Assembly: GCA_964589005.1 (NCBI GenBank) | Contig: CAZPQI010000002.1 | Span: 1 to 50,379, forward strand | Source: an uncultured Candidatus Saccharibacteria bacterium | GTDB taxonomy: Bacteria; Patescibacteriota; Minisyncoccia; Phycocordibacterales; UBA2100 | Length of the DNA stretch: 50,379 bases | Direction of reading: 5' to 3' | Shown: positions 23,829 through 31,718 of the stretch, one piece after another | Layout: the number at the start of each line of letters is the position of its first letter | Numbering within the stretch: the stretch's first letter is position 1 | Position numbers and translations under genes: made by a program | The notes under the pieces: model-generated | Database searches by the model: none | The model's input: only the letters and a program-made list of their open reading frames with translations | Told to the model about the DNA's origin: nothing

Positions 23829-24377
23829 TTATGGATGAGTGCAACTAGTCACGTGACCCATTTTGCGCCCGTCCCTCCACTCTTTTTTACCGTAGAAATG
23901 AACATGAACGTCCGGATCTTTGAGTGCTTTGTTCGCTTTGCTGGCGCAGGTTCCAATTAGATTATCTATACGAACATATTGGAACAACGCTTTAGGTTGG
24001 TGCAACTCTAGGTTGCATATGGCACGAATGTGCATTTCGAACTGCGAACGATTACATCCTTCAATAGTCCAGTGTCCCGAATTATGTGGACGTGGAGCAA
24101 TTTCATTGATGAAAATTACACCTTCTTTAGTTACAAACATCTCCACTGTAAGAAGACCAACGACATCGAGTTTTCTCGCAAGAAGTTTTGCAATATTCGC
24201 TGCTTCTCCGCGTACTTTGGGAGAGATAAAAGACATAAGAGAAGATTTCTTATGCTCTGTAGAGCGCAATATGCCTTCGCTGTGTGTATTGATTCCCACT
24301 GGAAAACATACGCAGTGCCCTCCAGTGTTTCGGGCAACGATGACAGATGTCTCGTACTCGAAGTCAATTTTCTTGAC
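23829..24377 (-). pseudogene. purK: C-terminal remnant of purK (N5-CAIR synthase, ATP-grasp)
   Basis: The frame is open from an in-frame TAA at 24378-24380 with no ATG start. It translates to ...FEYETSVIVARNTGGHCVCFPVGINTHSEGILRS...LLTVEMFVTKEGVIFINEIAPRPHNSGHWTIEGC..SQFE.HIRAI...GHVT. About the first half of PurK is missing. Confidence 0.7.
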
Positions 24378-24443
24378 TTAACACGTATTTCGTCTATTAT
24401 ATCCACATATCGCCCGAGAGGGTGTTTTTAATTACCACATTAT

Positions 24444-24626
24444 ATGATTTCACGACTAATCCAATACGTTAAGGACACAAATGCTGAAATGAAGCATGTT
24501 TCGTGGCCAACTCAGAAACAAACTACGATATTCACCATATTAGTGATTATAATTTCGATAGTTATATCGTTATATATAGGAACATTTGACTATTTCTTTA
24601 CTGGAGCGCTCAACCTAATAATTTAA
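24444..24626 (+). CDS. secE: Preprotein translocase subunit SecE
   Basis: 60 aa. VKDTNAEMKHVSWPTQKQT followed by a single TM, and position upstream of nusG. Confidence 0.8.
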   Translation: MISRLIQYVKDTNAEMKHVSWPTQKQTTIFTILVIIISIVISLYIGTFDYFFTGALNLII

Positions 24627-24630
24627 ATCT

Positions 24631-25176
24631 ATGGCAAAACAACAAGCATCGACAGAGCGCCGGTGGTACGTTATTCATACGTACTCTGGATACGAAGAAG
24701 CAGTTGCACGCAACTTGCGCCAACGTATTGACTCAATGAACATGCGAGACCAAATTTTTGAAGTCATCGTACCAACGGAAAAAAAGATTAAAGTTAAGGC
24801 TGGAAAACGCGTCGAAGAAAATGAAAAAGTATTCCCTGGATATGTGCTCGTAGACATGCTCGTTAACGACGAATCGTGGTACGTAGTACGTAACACGCCT
24901 CGTGTGACAGGCTTCGTGGGTTCAGGAACGCAGCCAGTGCCGCTTGAGCAGGCAGAGGTAGATGCGCTTCTTAAGCGAATGACATCAGACACTGCAAAAC
25001 ATACTATTGAACTTAACATTGACGACGCGGTGGTCATCGCAGACGGACCATTCAAAGATTTGGAAGGAAAAGTTGGAGAAGTCGACGAAGAGCGCGGTAA
25101 AGTTAAAGTTATGGTGCCTATGTTTGGTCGCGAGACACCAGTGGAGCTTGATTTCTTGCAAGTAAAAAGAATATAA
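24631..25176 (+). CDS. nusG: Transcription termination/antitermination factor NusG
   Basis: RRWYVIHTYSGYEEAV, FPGYVLVDM, and KOW motif GPFKDLEGKVGEVDEERGKVKVMV. Confidence 0.9.
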   Translation: MAKQQASTERRWYVIHTYSGYEEAVARNLRQRIDSMNMRDQIFEVIVPTEKKIKVKAGKRVEENEKVFPGYVLVDMLVNDESWYVVRNTPRVTGFVGSGTQPVPLEQAEVDALLKRMTSDTAKHTIELNIDDAVVIADGPFKDLEGKVGEVDEERGKVKVMVPMFGRETPVELDFLQVKRI

Positions 25177-25180
25177 AAGC

Positions 25181-25663
25181 ATGATTCGCATTTGGAACAT
25201 AAAAAAACTCAAAGAAGAAATAAGTTCAGGAGAATTGTCAGAGAGCGCTAAGTTTTTCTATTTGTTCTTCGCTGTAATAGTCTTTACAGCATTTGGGCAG
25301 TGGATGGCGGTGGTGATACCTATTCAAAATACTCCCGAAGTTTTCTGGTCTATAATTATATGGATAATTGCAGCTATTGGTATGTACGTTGCGTACCTAA
25401 TGAACGGCGGTAAACAAGGTTTTGATTTTTCAGATAAATATCTAAGTATCAGCTTTGTCACTTTCATACGTTTTCTTCCAGTATTTATTGTTGGTATGAT
25501 ACTTTCGGTTTTCATAAGCTCGTGGATATCAGGTGTTCCTCTGGAGGATATGGAGGAAAGCATGTCTTGGATTGATGTATTAGTTGGCAGTCTTTTATAC
25601 GTATATTATGTGTGGCGTGTTGCCACACATGTTCGCGATGTAAAAAAAGTGGACAAAGTGTAA
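25181..25663 (+). CDS. Hypothetical four-TM membrane protein inserted between nusG and rplK
   Basis: 160-aa hydrophobic ORF, tightly packed (5 nt after nusG). Confidence 0.55.
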   Translation: MIRIWNIKKLKEEISSGELSESAKFFYLFFAVIVFTAFGQWMAVVIPIQNTPEVFWSIIIWIIAAIGMYVAYLMNGGKQGFDFSDKYLSISFVTFIRFLPVFIVGMILSVFISSWISGVPLEDMEESMSWIDVLVGSLLYVYYVWRVATHVRDVKKVDKV

Positions 25664-25686
25664 TTTTTAAGTAACATACTGCAACA

Positions 25687-26109
25687 ATGGCAAAAAAGGT
25701 AGAAAAACAATTAAAGCTTCAGGTACCAGCAGGTAAGGCAACTCCTGCGCCACCACTTGGTCCTGCATTAGGGCAAGCGGGTATTAACATTGGTGATTTT
25801 GTAAACCAGTTTAACGACGCAACACGCGACATGATGGGAGATTTAATTCCTGTAGTCATTAGTGTGTACGATGATAGAAGTTTCGATTTCATCCTTAAAA
25901 CGCCTCCTGCATCGAGCCTTCTTCTTAAAGCAATCAACCAACAAAAAGGTTCAGGAAGTAATTTAACTAAAAAAGTAGGTAGCGTAACTCAACAACAGCT
26001 TGAAGATATTGCTACACGAAAACTTGAAGATTTAAGTGCCAACGATGTAAAAGCGGGAGCCAAGATTATTGCGGGGACAGCTCGCTCGATGGGAATCGAG
26101 GTAGAATAA
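25687..26109 (+). CDS. rplK: 50S ribosomal protein L11
   Basis: [34 protein letters not shown] is the invariant L11 N-terminal domain. Confidence 0.95.
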   Translation: MAKKVEKQLKLQVPAGKATPAPPLGPALGQAGINIGDFVNQFNDATRDMMGDLIPVVISVYDDRSFDFILKTPPASSLLLKAINQQKGSGSNLTKKVGSVTQQQLEDIATRKLEDLSANDVKAGAKIIAGTARSMGIEVE

Positions 26110-26226
26110 TCTCAAATTTAGCGTATTGCTTTGGCGCACTGCGAGAAAAACACACGCACCATATCTCGATATGTCTTGCGTGTTTTTTCTTGCGCTTCGC
26201 GCACTACATCTAAATTTGAGTTTATT
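26105..26226 (+). repeat. About 122-nt extended hairpin immediately after rplK
   Basis: Outer arms AATAATCTCAAATTTAG / CTAAATTTGAGTTTATT (16/17) and inner arms GAAAAACACACGCA / TGCGTGTTTTTTC. Probably a terminator or stability element. Confidence 0.6.
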
Positions 26227-26295
26227 CTTAAACCACACTTCATTTGTAACTTTTTGCTATACTCTATGTAATAACATTTGCGTATGACATAAGTC

Positions 26296-26334
26296 ACCTA
26301 AAAACCTAGTAACCTAAGAAGCTAATAACCTAAG
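26296..26334 (+). promoter_or_regulatory. Four phased ACCTA(A/G) repeats in the glyA 5' region
   Basis: ACCTAA (26296), AACCTAG (26303), and TAACCTAAG twice (26310 and 26326). Spacing is 8, 8 and 16 nt. They end 10 nt before the glyA ATG. Confidence 0.35.
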
Positions 26335-26344
26335 CAATTAACTT

Positions 26345-27619
26345 ATGTCTAAACCTCAAGATCTATCATTTTTAGAAGAGCAAGACAGCGACGTATACAA
26401 TGCAATACGTGGTGAAGAAAAACGTCAAGAAGAAGGACTTGAATTAATTCCATCAGAAAACTATGTCTCAAAAGCAGTACGTGAAGCAATGGGCTCGGTA
26501 TTAACTAATAAATATTCTGAAGGGTATCCGGGGAAACGGTATTATGGTGGACAAGAATTTACTGACTCGGTAGAAGACACTGCGCGAGAGCGAGTAAAAA
26601 AGCTTTTTAACTGCAAATACGCAAATGTCCAAGCTCATTCAGGAGCATCGGCGAACATTGCTATGTACTTTGCATTGCTTGAACCAGGCGACACAGTGTT
26701 GGGTATGGATCTTTCACACGGTGGGCATTTAACGCACGGACATCCCGTCACGTATGTAACTAAAATATTTAATTTCGTACGGTATAAAATGAAAAACAGT
26801 GACACTGGAGAGATTGATTACGACGAAATGCGAGAAGTGGCGCTACGCGAGAAACCAAAGATAATTTTGGCTGGCTTCTCTGCGTACTCGCGGGAACTTG
26901 ATTATCAAAAAATTTCTGATATCGCAAAAGAGGTGGGGGCGATTTCAGTTATGGATGCAGCGCATATCGCAGGGCTTATCGCAGGAGGGGCACACAAAAA
27001 TCCGTTTGATTACGGGTTCGACATTATTACCTCAACAACACACAAAACACTACGTGGCCCACGAGGAGGACTGATACTTGTGCGAGAAGACGAAGCGATG
27101 GCAAAAAAGATAGACAAGAGTGTATTTCCTGGGTTGCAAGGAGGGCCACTCATGCACCAGATTGCAGCGCGCGCCGTGGCGTTTGGTGAAGCACTACACC
27201 CCAGTTTCAAAGATCATGTACAACAAGTGATAAAAAATGCCGCAGCAATGGCCGAAGTTTTTGACAGAGAAGAGGTCCGAATGTTAGGTGGTGGCACGAG
27301 CAACCATCTTATTCTTGCTGACATCACAAGTTTTGGTATCGATGGGCACGTCGCCGAAACGGCTCTGGATGAGGTTGGTATTACATTAAATAAGAATATG
27401 ATAGCTGATGACCCAAACCCACCGATGAAGCCATCAGGAATTCGTTTTGGAACCCCTGCCATCACTACACGTGGCTTTAAAGAAAAAGAATGTGCACGAG
27501 TAGCCGAACTTATGATAGAAATATTACGAAATCACACCGATGAAGATGTAAAACAAAAAGTACACGAAGAAATCAAAGAGCTCGCCCACAAGTTTCCAAT
27601 TCCAGACAAACACTTTTGA
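26345..27619 (+). CDS. glyA: Serine hydroxymethyltransferase
   Basis: LELIPSENYVS, YSEGYPGKRYYGG, and PLP lysine context TSTTHKTLRGPRGG. Confidence 0.95.
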   Translation: MSKPQDLSFLEEQDSDVYNAIRGEEKRQEEGLELIPSENYVSKAVREAMGSVLTNKYSEGYPGKRYYGGQEFTDSVEDTARERVKKLFNCKYANVQAHSGASANIAMYFALLEPGDTVLGMDLSHGGHLTHGHPVTYVTKIFNFVRYKMKNSDTGEIDYDEMREVALREKPKIILAGFSAYSRELDYQKISDIAKEVGAISVMDAAHIAGLIAGGAHKNPFDYGFDIITSTTHKTLRGPRGGLILVREDEAMAKKIDKSVFPGLQGGPLMHQIAARAVAFGEALHPSFKDHVQQVIKNAAAMAEVFDREEVRMLGGGTSNHLILADITSFGIDGHVAETALDEVGITLNKNMIADDPNPPMKPSGIRFGTPAITTRGFKEKECARVAELMIEILRNHTDEDVKQKVHEEIKELAHKFPIPDKHF

Positions 27620-27680
27620 TATGTAAAAAACTGTGCTATAAACTAGGCAGGTCAGCAATTTTGGAAGAAAAGGAAAGCCA

Positions 27681-28055
27681 ATGATACAGATAGAAATTAT
27701 GGATCTTTTTTGGGTGAGTATATTTGGGATCACGTGCTACCTCGCTTGGAACGAGCGGTACCGACTCTTTCCCATTTCTGACCCCGAACTGATAATCCTA
27801 AGAATTCTCGAAACTCGCCGTAAAAAATGTGGTACGGCTTGGTATGAACTTTGTGAACTTACAGGACAGAATATTGATGACACGTGCGTGACACTTTCAT
27901 TGAAGCGTCTCAAAAGCCGAGGTTTAGTTGAGCACCGTGATCAACTGGTAAAAGAGCAAAAAGATCCGAGGAATACACCACGACACAAGATCTATTGGAT
28001 CACCAGTGACGGAACAGAAAGATTCGAAAAGTTGAGGATTTTTCTCACCGCGTAA
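27681..28055 (+). CDS. Membrane-anchored PadR-like winged-helix protein
   Basis: N-terminal TM (LFWVSIFGITCYLAW) followed by ILRILETRRKKCGTAWYELCELTG...LSLKRLKSRGLVEH....RHKIYWITSDGTERF, which follows the PadR wHTH pattern. Confidence 0.5.
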   Translation: MIQIEIMDLFWVSIFGITCYLAWNERYRLFPISDPELIILRILETRRKKCGTAWYELCELTGQNIDDTCVTLSLKRLKSRGLVEHRDQLVKEQKDPRNTPRHKIYWITSDGTERFEKLRIFLTA

Positions 28056-28187
28056 CTCCTAAGGGTGAAAATTTAAAAGATCGTCTAGTACAGGCGGTCT
28101 TTTTATTTTTGGAAACATTGACATATGAAGACATGAGTGTTTATCTAATTTTAGTTGTATTCTCTCATTTGTAAGAAGGGGTTCGAA

Positions 28188-28529
28188 ATGGACATTATTT
28201 TTATCGCGATTATGGGAGCGTTTGTAGTATCTGGTGTCGTTTTTGCATTCGCTGTCATGGAGGTGATCTATTCTAAGATTCGGTATCCAAATCAATATGA
28301 AGTAGTCATCTTTCTTCTCTCAGACGGTCGGGAGAGAGGCATGGGAGAAATTCTAAAGGAGTGTAAGGGCAAAGTGTCTAAGGCGCTTATTCCCGTAATA
28401 CTTCAGAGGGCTGTATCCGAAGAATGGATTTCTGTACGTACAGAAATCACACCCTGGGGGCCACGAGATCCAGAAGTTTCGCCGAAAATGTTTTGGAGCA
28501 TGAAGGAGGAATACTCCAAAACAAAGTAA
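28188..28529 (+). CDS. Second membrane-anchored winged-helix-like protein (same architecture as 27681-28055)
   Basis: N-terminal TM (IIFIAIMGAFVVSGVVFAFAV) followed by VVIFLLSDGRERGMGEILKECKGKVSKALIPVILQRAVSEEWI. ATG at 28188 is preferred over TTG at 28155. Confidence 0.45.
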   Translation: MDIIFIAIMGAFVVSGVVFAFAVMEVIYSKIRYPNQYEVVIFLLSDGRERGMGEILKECKGKVSKALIPVILQRAVSEEWISVRTEITPWGPRDPEVSPKMFWSMKEEYSKTK

Positions 28530-28547
28530 GGAGTATAAGAACGATCT

Positions 28548-28579
28548 AATAGCAAGTGTCACTGGTGACGCTTGCTATT
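28548..28579. terminator. Bidirectional hairpin between convergent genes
   Basis: AATAGCAAGTGTCAC-TG-GTGACGCTTGCTATT followed by a T run. Confidence 0.65.
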
Positions 28580-28580
28580 T

Positions 28581-29090
28581 TTATTGATGCTTCAAAATTG
28601 TGCGCGTAAACTTTAACTCACCTTCGTCGTGATGCTCTTGCGAAATAACTTCACTAAATTCAGAATAATCTGGAAAGAATACGTCGCCGTCTGCGTCATC
28701 GTGCACGAGAGTGAGGTCGAGGGTATCAGTCTCGGGAAGCATTAGTGTATAAATTTGTCCGCCACCAATTATAAATATTTTTTCTGATCCGATGCTGTTA
28801 CGAGCAATTTCCAGCGCTTCTTCTTTTGAGTGCGCAACATGTGCACCTTCTACTATTACATCGGGTTCGAGCGTAAGAATAATATTCGTACGATTCGGCA
28901 GAGTTCTTCGCCCCATAGATTCAAAAGTTGCATAACCCATAATTACTGGATGACCACTCGTTATTTCCTTAAAGCGTGGTAAGTCACCCGGAATTCTCCA
29001 TAAGAGTTCGTTGTCTTTCCCAATCGCGCGGGTCTTTGCACCAATCGCCGCAATGGCAACTATTTCGTGACTCACATCCTTTTTATCCAT
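28581..29090 (-). CDS. folA: Dihydrofolate reductase
   Basis: IVAIAAIGAKTRAIGKDNELLWRIPGDLPRFKEITSGHPVIMGYATFESMG, LPNRTNIILT, FIIGGGQIY. Confidence 0.85.
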   Translation of the reverse strand: MDKKDVSHEIVAIAAIGAKTRAIGKDNELLWRIPGDLPRFKEITSGHPVIMGYATFESMGRRTLPNRTNIILTLEPDVIVEGAHVAHSKEEALEIARNSIGSEKIFIIGGGQIYTLMLPETDTLDLTLVHDDADGDVFFPDYSEFSEVISQEHHDEGELKFTRTILKHQ

Positions 29091-29137
29091 ACGCCACACT
29101 ATAACACGCAGTGCAATGTGGGAGACAATTTACGAGG

Positions 29138-29146
29138 TGGTATAAT
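29138..29146 (+). promoter_or_regulatory. Extended -10 element (TGGTATAAT) 6 nt upstream of the thyA ATG
   Basis: TGnTATAAT consensus at 29138-29146, with the thyA ATG at 29153. This implies a leaderless or nearly leaderless mRNA. Confidence 0.45.
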
Positions 29147-29152
29147 TCGCTG

Positions 29153-29995
29153 ATGCAACAATACTTGAACGCGCTGGAAACTATAATGAAAGATGGTATT
29201 GATAGAGAGGGAAGGAATGGGTCTACTCGTTCTATGTTCGCAATACAAATGCGATTTAATTTGGAAGATGGCTTTCCTGCTGTAACTACTAAAAAGTTAG
29301 CTTTCAAGTCAGTTTTATCTGAGCTAATTTGGTTTATTGAAGGCTCAAATGATGAGCGTAGACTTGCGGAGATTCTTCATGGAACCCGCGACTTAGATAA
29401 AAAAACTATATGGAGTGCAAATGCGGAGGCAGATTATTGGAAACCGAAAGCAAAGTTTGAAGGAGATTTGGGAAGAGTGTATGGCGTTCAATGGAGGGAT
29501 TGGACTAATTCTGACGGTGAGAAATTTGATCAATTAGCAGATATTATTGAGCGTATAAAAACAAATCCATACGATCGACGATTAATAGTTTCGGCATGGA
29601 ATCCTGGAGAATTACATAAAATGGCACTTCCACCTTGTCATCGCGATTTTCAATTTTATGTTGCGAACGGAAAGTTGTCGTTGCATATGAATCAGAGGAG
29701 TTGTGATATGTTCCTAGGAGTACCATTTAATATAGCTAGTTATTCGATGCTGTTGTCCATGGTGGCGCAAGTTACTGAACTACAAGCACACGAAACAGTC
29801 TTTACATTTAATGACGCACATATTTATGATAATCATTTTGATGCTGTAAAAGAGCAATTACAAAGAAAGCCTGATGCACTACCAAAGCTATGGATTAATG
29901 AGAGTATTAAAAATATAGAAGATTTTACAATGAACGATCTAAAGTTGGAGAATTACAATCCGCAAAAAACTATTAAAGCTCCAATGGCTGTATAG
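29153..29995 (+). CDS. thyA: Thymidylate synthase (ThyA type)
   Basis: MQQYLNALETIMKDG..R..RNGSTRSMFAIQMRFNLEDGFPAVTTKK, catalytic LPPCH, DMFLGVPFNIASYS. Confidence 0.95.
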   Translation: MQQYLNALETIMKDGIDREGRNGSTRSMFAIQMRFNLEDGFPAVTTKKLAFKSVLSELIWFIEGSNDERRLAEILHGTRDLDKKTIWSANAEADYWKPKAKFEGDLGRVYGVQWRDWTNSDGEKFDQLADIIERIKTNPYDRRLIVSAWNPGELHKMALPPCHRDFQFYVANGKLSLHMNQRSCDMFLGVPFNIASYSMLLSMVAQVTELQAHETVFTFNDAHIYDNHFDAVKEQLQRKPDALPKLWINESIKNIEDFTMNDLKLENYNPQKTIKAPMAV

Positions 29996-29998
29996 CGT

Positions 29999-30538
29999 AT
30001 GATTTTATCTGACTCAGAGATTTTGAAATATTTGGAAAATGGAGACATTGGTATAAAGCCATACACTAGAGAAAACCTAGGTAGTAACTCGTATGATGTT
30101 CATTTAAGTAAACATCTTGCAACGTACGAAGACGAAATATTGGACTCCAAAAAGCATAATAAAGTTCATCATTTTGAAATTCCTGAGGAAGGATTTGTAT
30201 TACAACCAGGAGAATTATATTTAGGAAGTACTTTAGAATATACAGAAACGTTTAAACACGTCCCCTTCTTGGAGGGAAAGTCGAGTACAGGGCGATTGGG
30301 AATTGATATTCACGCAACCGCTGGAAAAGGGGATGTTGGTTTTTGTGGACACTGGACACTCGAAATTTCAGTGAGTAAGCCAGTGCGCGTGTACGATGGC
30401 ATGCCAATTGGCCAGCTAATTTACTATACGGTGGAGGGGGAAACAATTAATCCTTATCACAAAAAGGCGTCTGCGAAATATCATAATCAGTCGCTACTTC
30501 CGAAAGAGTCAATGATGTGGAAAAATAAATTTGAATGA
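29999..30538 (+). CDS. dcd: dCTP deaminase
   Basis: MILSDSEILKYLENGDIGIKPY...GSNSYDVHL, EGKSSTGRLGI, and HWTLEISV, typical of the Dcd/dUTPase-fold trimer. Confidence 0.9.
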   Translation: MILSDSEILKYLENGDIGIKPYTRENLGSNSYDVHLSKHLATYEDEILDSKKHNKVHHFEIPEEGFVLQPGELYLGSTLEYTETFKHVPFLEGKSSTGRLGIDIHATAGKGDVGFCGHWTLEISVSKPVRVYDGMPIGQLIYYTVEGETINPYHKKASAKYHNQSLLPKESMMWKNKFE

Positions 30539-30659
30539 GATAATGAGCGTAGTGATTATATTGAATTTATGTCTCAATTTTCTCCTTTTTCCAAGAGAAA
30601 ATTGCTAGACCAGAATGGTAAAATTAGCGTGGATTTCGAAAATACAAATTAAGTAATGT

Positions 30660-31292
30660 ATGACAAATAATAAAAAAGGAACATTTATAGTTTTAGATGG
30701 TGGAGAAGGAGCAGGGAAAACAACGGTCGCCAAAGAGGTTGTTGAGCGCTTTGGATGGGGCGCAATATATACTCGCGAACCGGGCGGTTCTCCGTACGCT
30801 GAGAAGATTCGTGACCTTGTGCTTTCAGATGAAGCCAAACATTCTGACGCTGAGACACAATTTGCATTGTTTTGGGCAAGTAGAAGAGATCATCTTAAGC
30901 ACACTATAGTTCCAGCTCTTGAAGATGGGAAAGTGGTTATCACTGATCGTTTTGACTCGTCATCGTATGCGTACCAGCTCATCGCACAAGAACAAATCCA
31001 ACTAATTGAGCTATTTTGGAAAATGAGAGAGCATTTTTTAGATGGATTTCTACCCGATGCATATATTCTTTTGGATGTTTCGGCAGAAGTGGGAATTACT
31101 CGAGCAAAAGGAAGAAACGAAGAGCTCAATCATTTCGATAAACGAAAAATTGATTTTCACAAAAGGGTAAATAAAGGATTAAAAGAATTTATTATGACAA
31201 AAGTGGAAAAAGGAATTGTAATTGACGCGGAACAGCCACTGGAAAAAGTGGTACAACAAACACTTGGGGCAATTAACGATGTTGTTAAATAA
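30660..31292 (+). CDS. tmk: Thymidylate kinase
   Basis: P-loop FIVLDGGEGAGKTT, TREPGGSPYAEKIR, and DRFDSSSYAYQ. Confidence 0.9.
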   Translation: MTNNKKGTFIVLDGGEGAGKTTVAKEVVERFGWGAIYTREPGGSPYAEKIRDLVLSDEAKHSDAETQFALFWASRRDHLKHTIVPALEDGKVVITDRFDSSSYAYQLIAQEQIQLIELFWKMREHFLDGFLPDAYILLDVSAEVGITRAKGRNEELNHFDKRKIDFHKRVNKGLKEFIMTKVEKGIVIDAEQPLEKVVQQTLGAINDVVK

Positions 31293-31295
31293 ATT

Positions 31296-31718
31296 ATGAA
31301 AGTTTTGGTTAAAAAAGTAAATGACAAAGCTCGGATTCCAACGTATGCCCACGAAGGAGATGCAGGGATGGATTTATTTGCATTTCGCAGCGCAACTATA
31401 GAACCTATGCAGCGTATGTTAATTTCCACTGGTATATCGATGGTAATTCCCAAAGGTTACGTCGGATTGATTTGGGATAAAAGTGGAGTGGCAGCAAAGC
31501 GAGGTTTAAAAACGCTTGCGGGAGTAGTAGATTCTGGGTACCGTGGAGAAGTGTTTGTTGCGCTTTTTAATACAGCATCCGAACCACAGACATTTGAGGC
31601 AGGAGAGAAATTAGCACAAATGCTCATACAGCCAGTGGAAAGCCCTGAGGTAGTGGAAGTAGCAGAGTTAGATGTTACCAAAAGAGGTATTGGCGCCTTT
31701 GGTAGTACAGGAAAATAA
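31296..31718 (+). CDS. dut: dUTP diphosphatase
   Basis: AHEGDAGMDL, GVVDSGYRGEV, and C-terminal RGIGAFGSTG, the five dUTPase motifs. Confidence 0.9.
   Translation: MKVLVKKVNDKARIPTYAHEGDAGMDLFAFRSATIEPMQRMLISTGISMVIPKGYVGLIWDKSGVAAKRGLKTLAGVVDSGYRGEVFVALFNTASEPQTFEAGEKLAQMLIQPVESPEVVEVAELDVTKRGIGAFGSTGK

Noticed and set aside
24131-24406. 91-aa ORF upstream of and overlapping the purK fragment, considered as a possible N-terminal part of a frameshifted purK.
   Set aside because: Its translation has no ATP-grasp similarity. The PurK-like frame itself stays open up to a TAA at 24378-24380 and simply lacks the N-terminal half, so this is a truncation rather than a frameshift.
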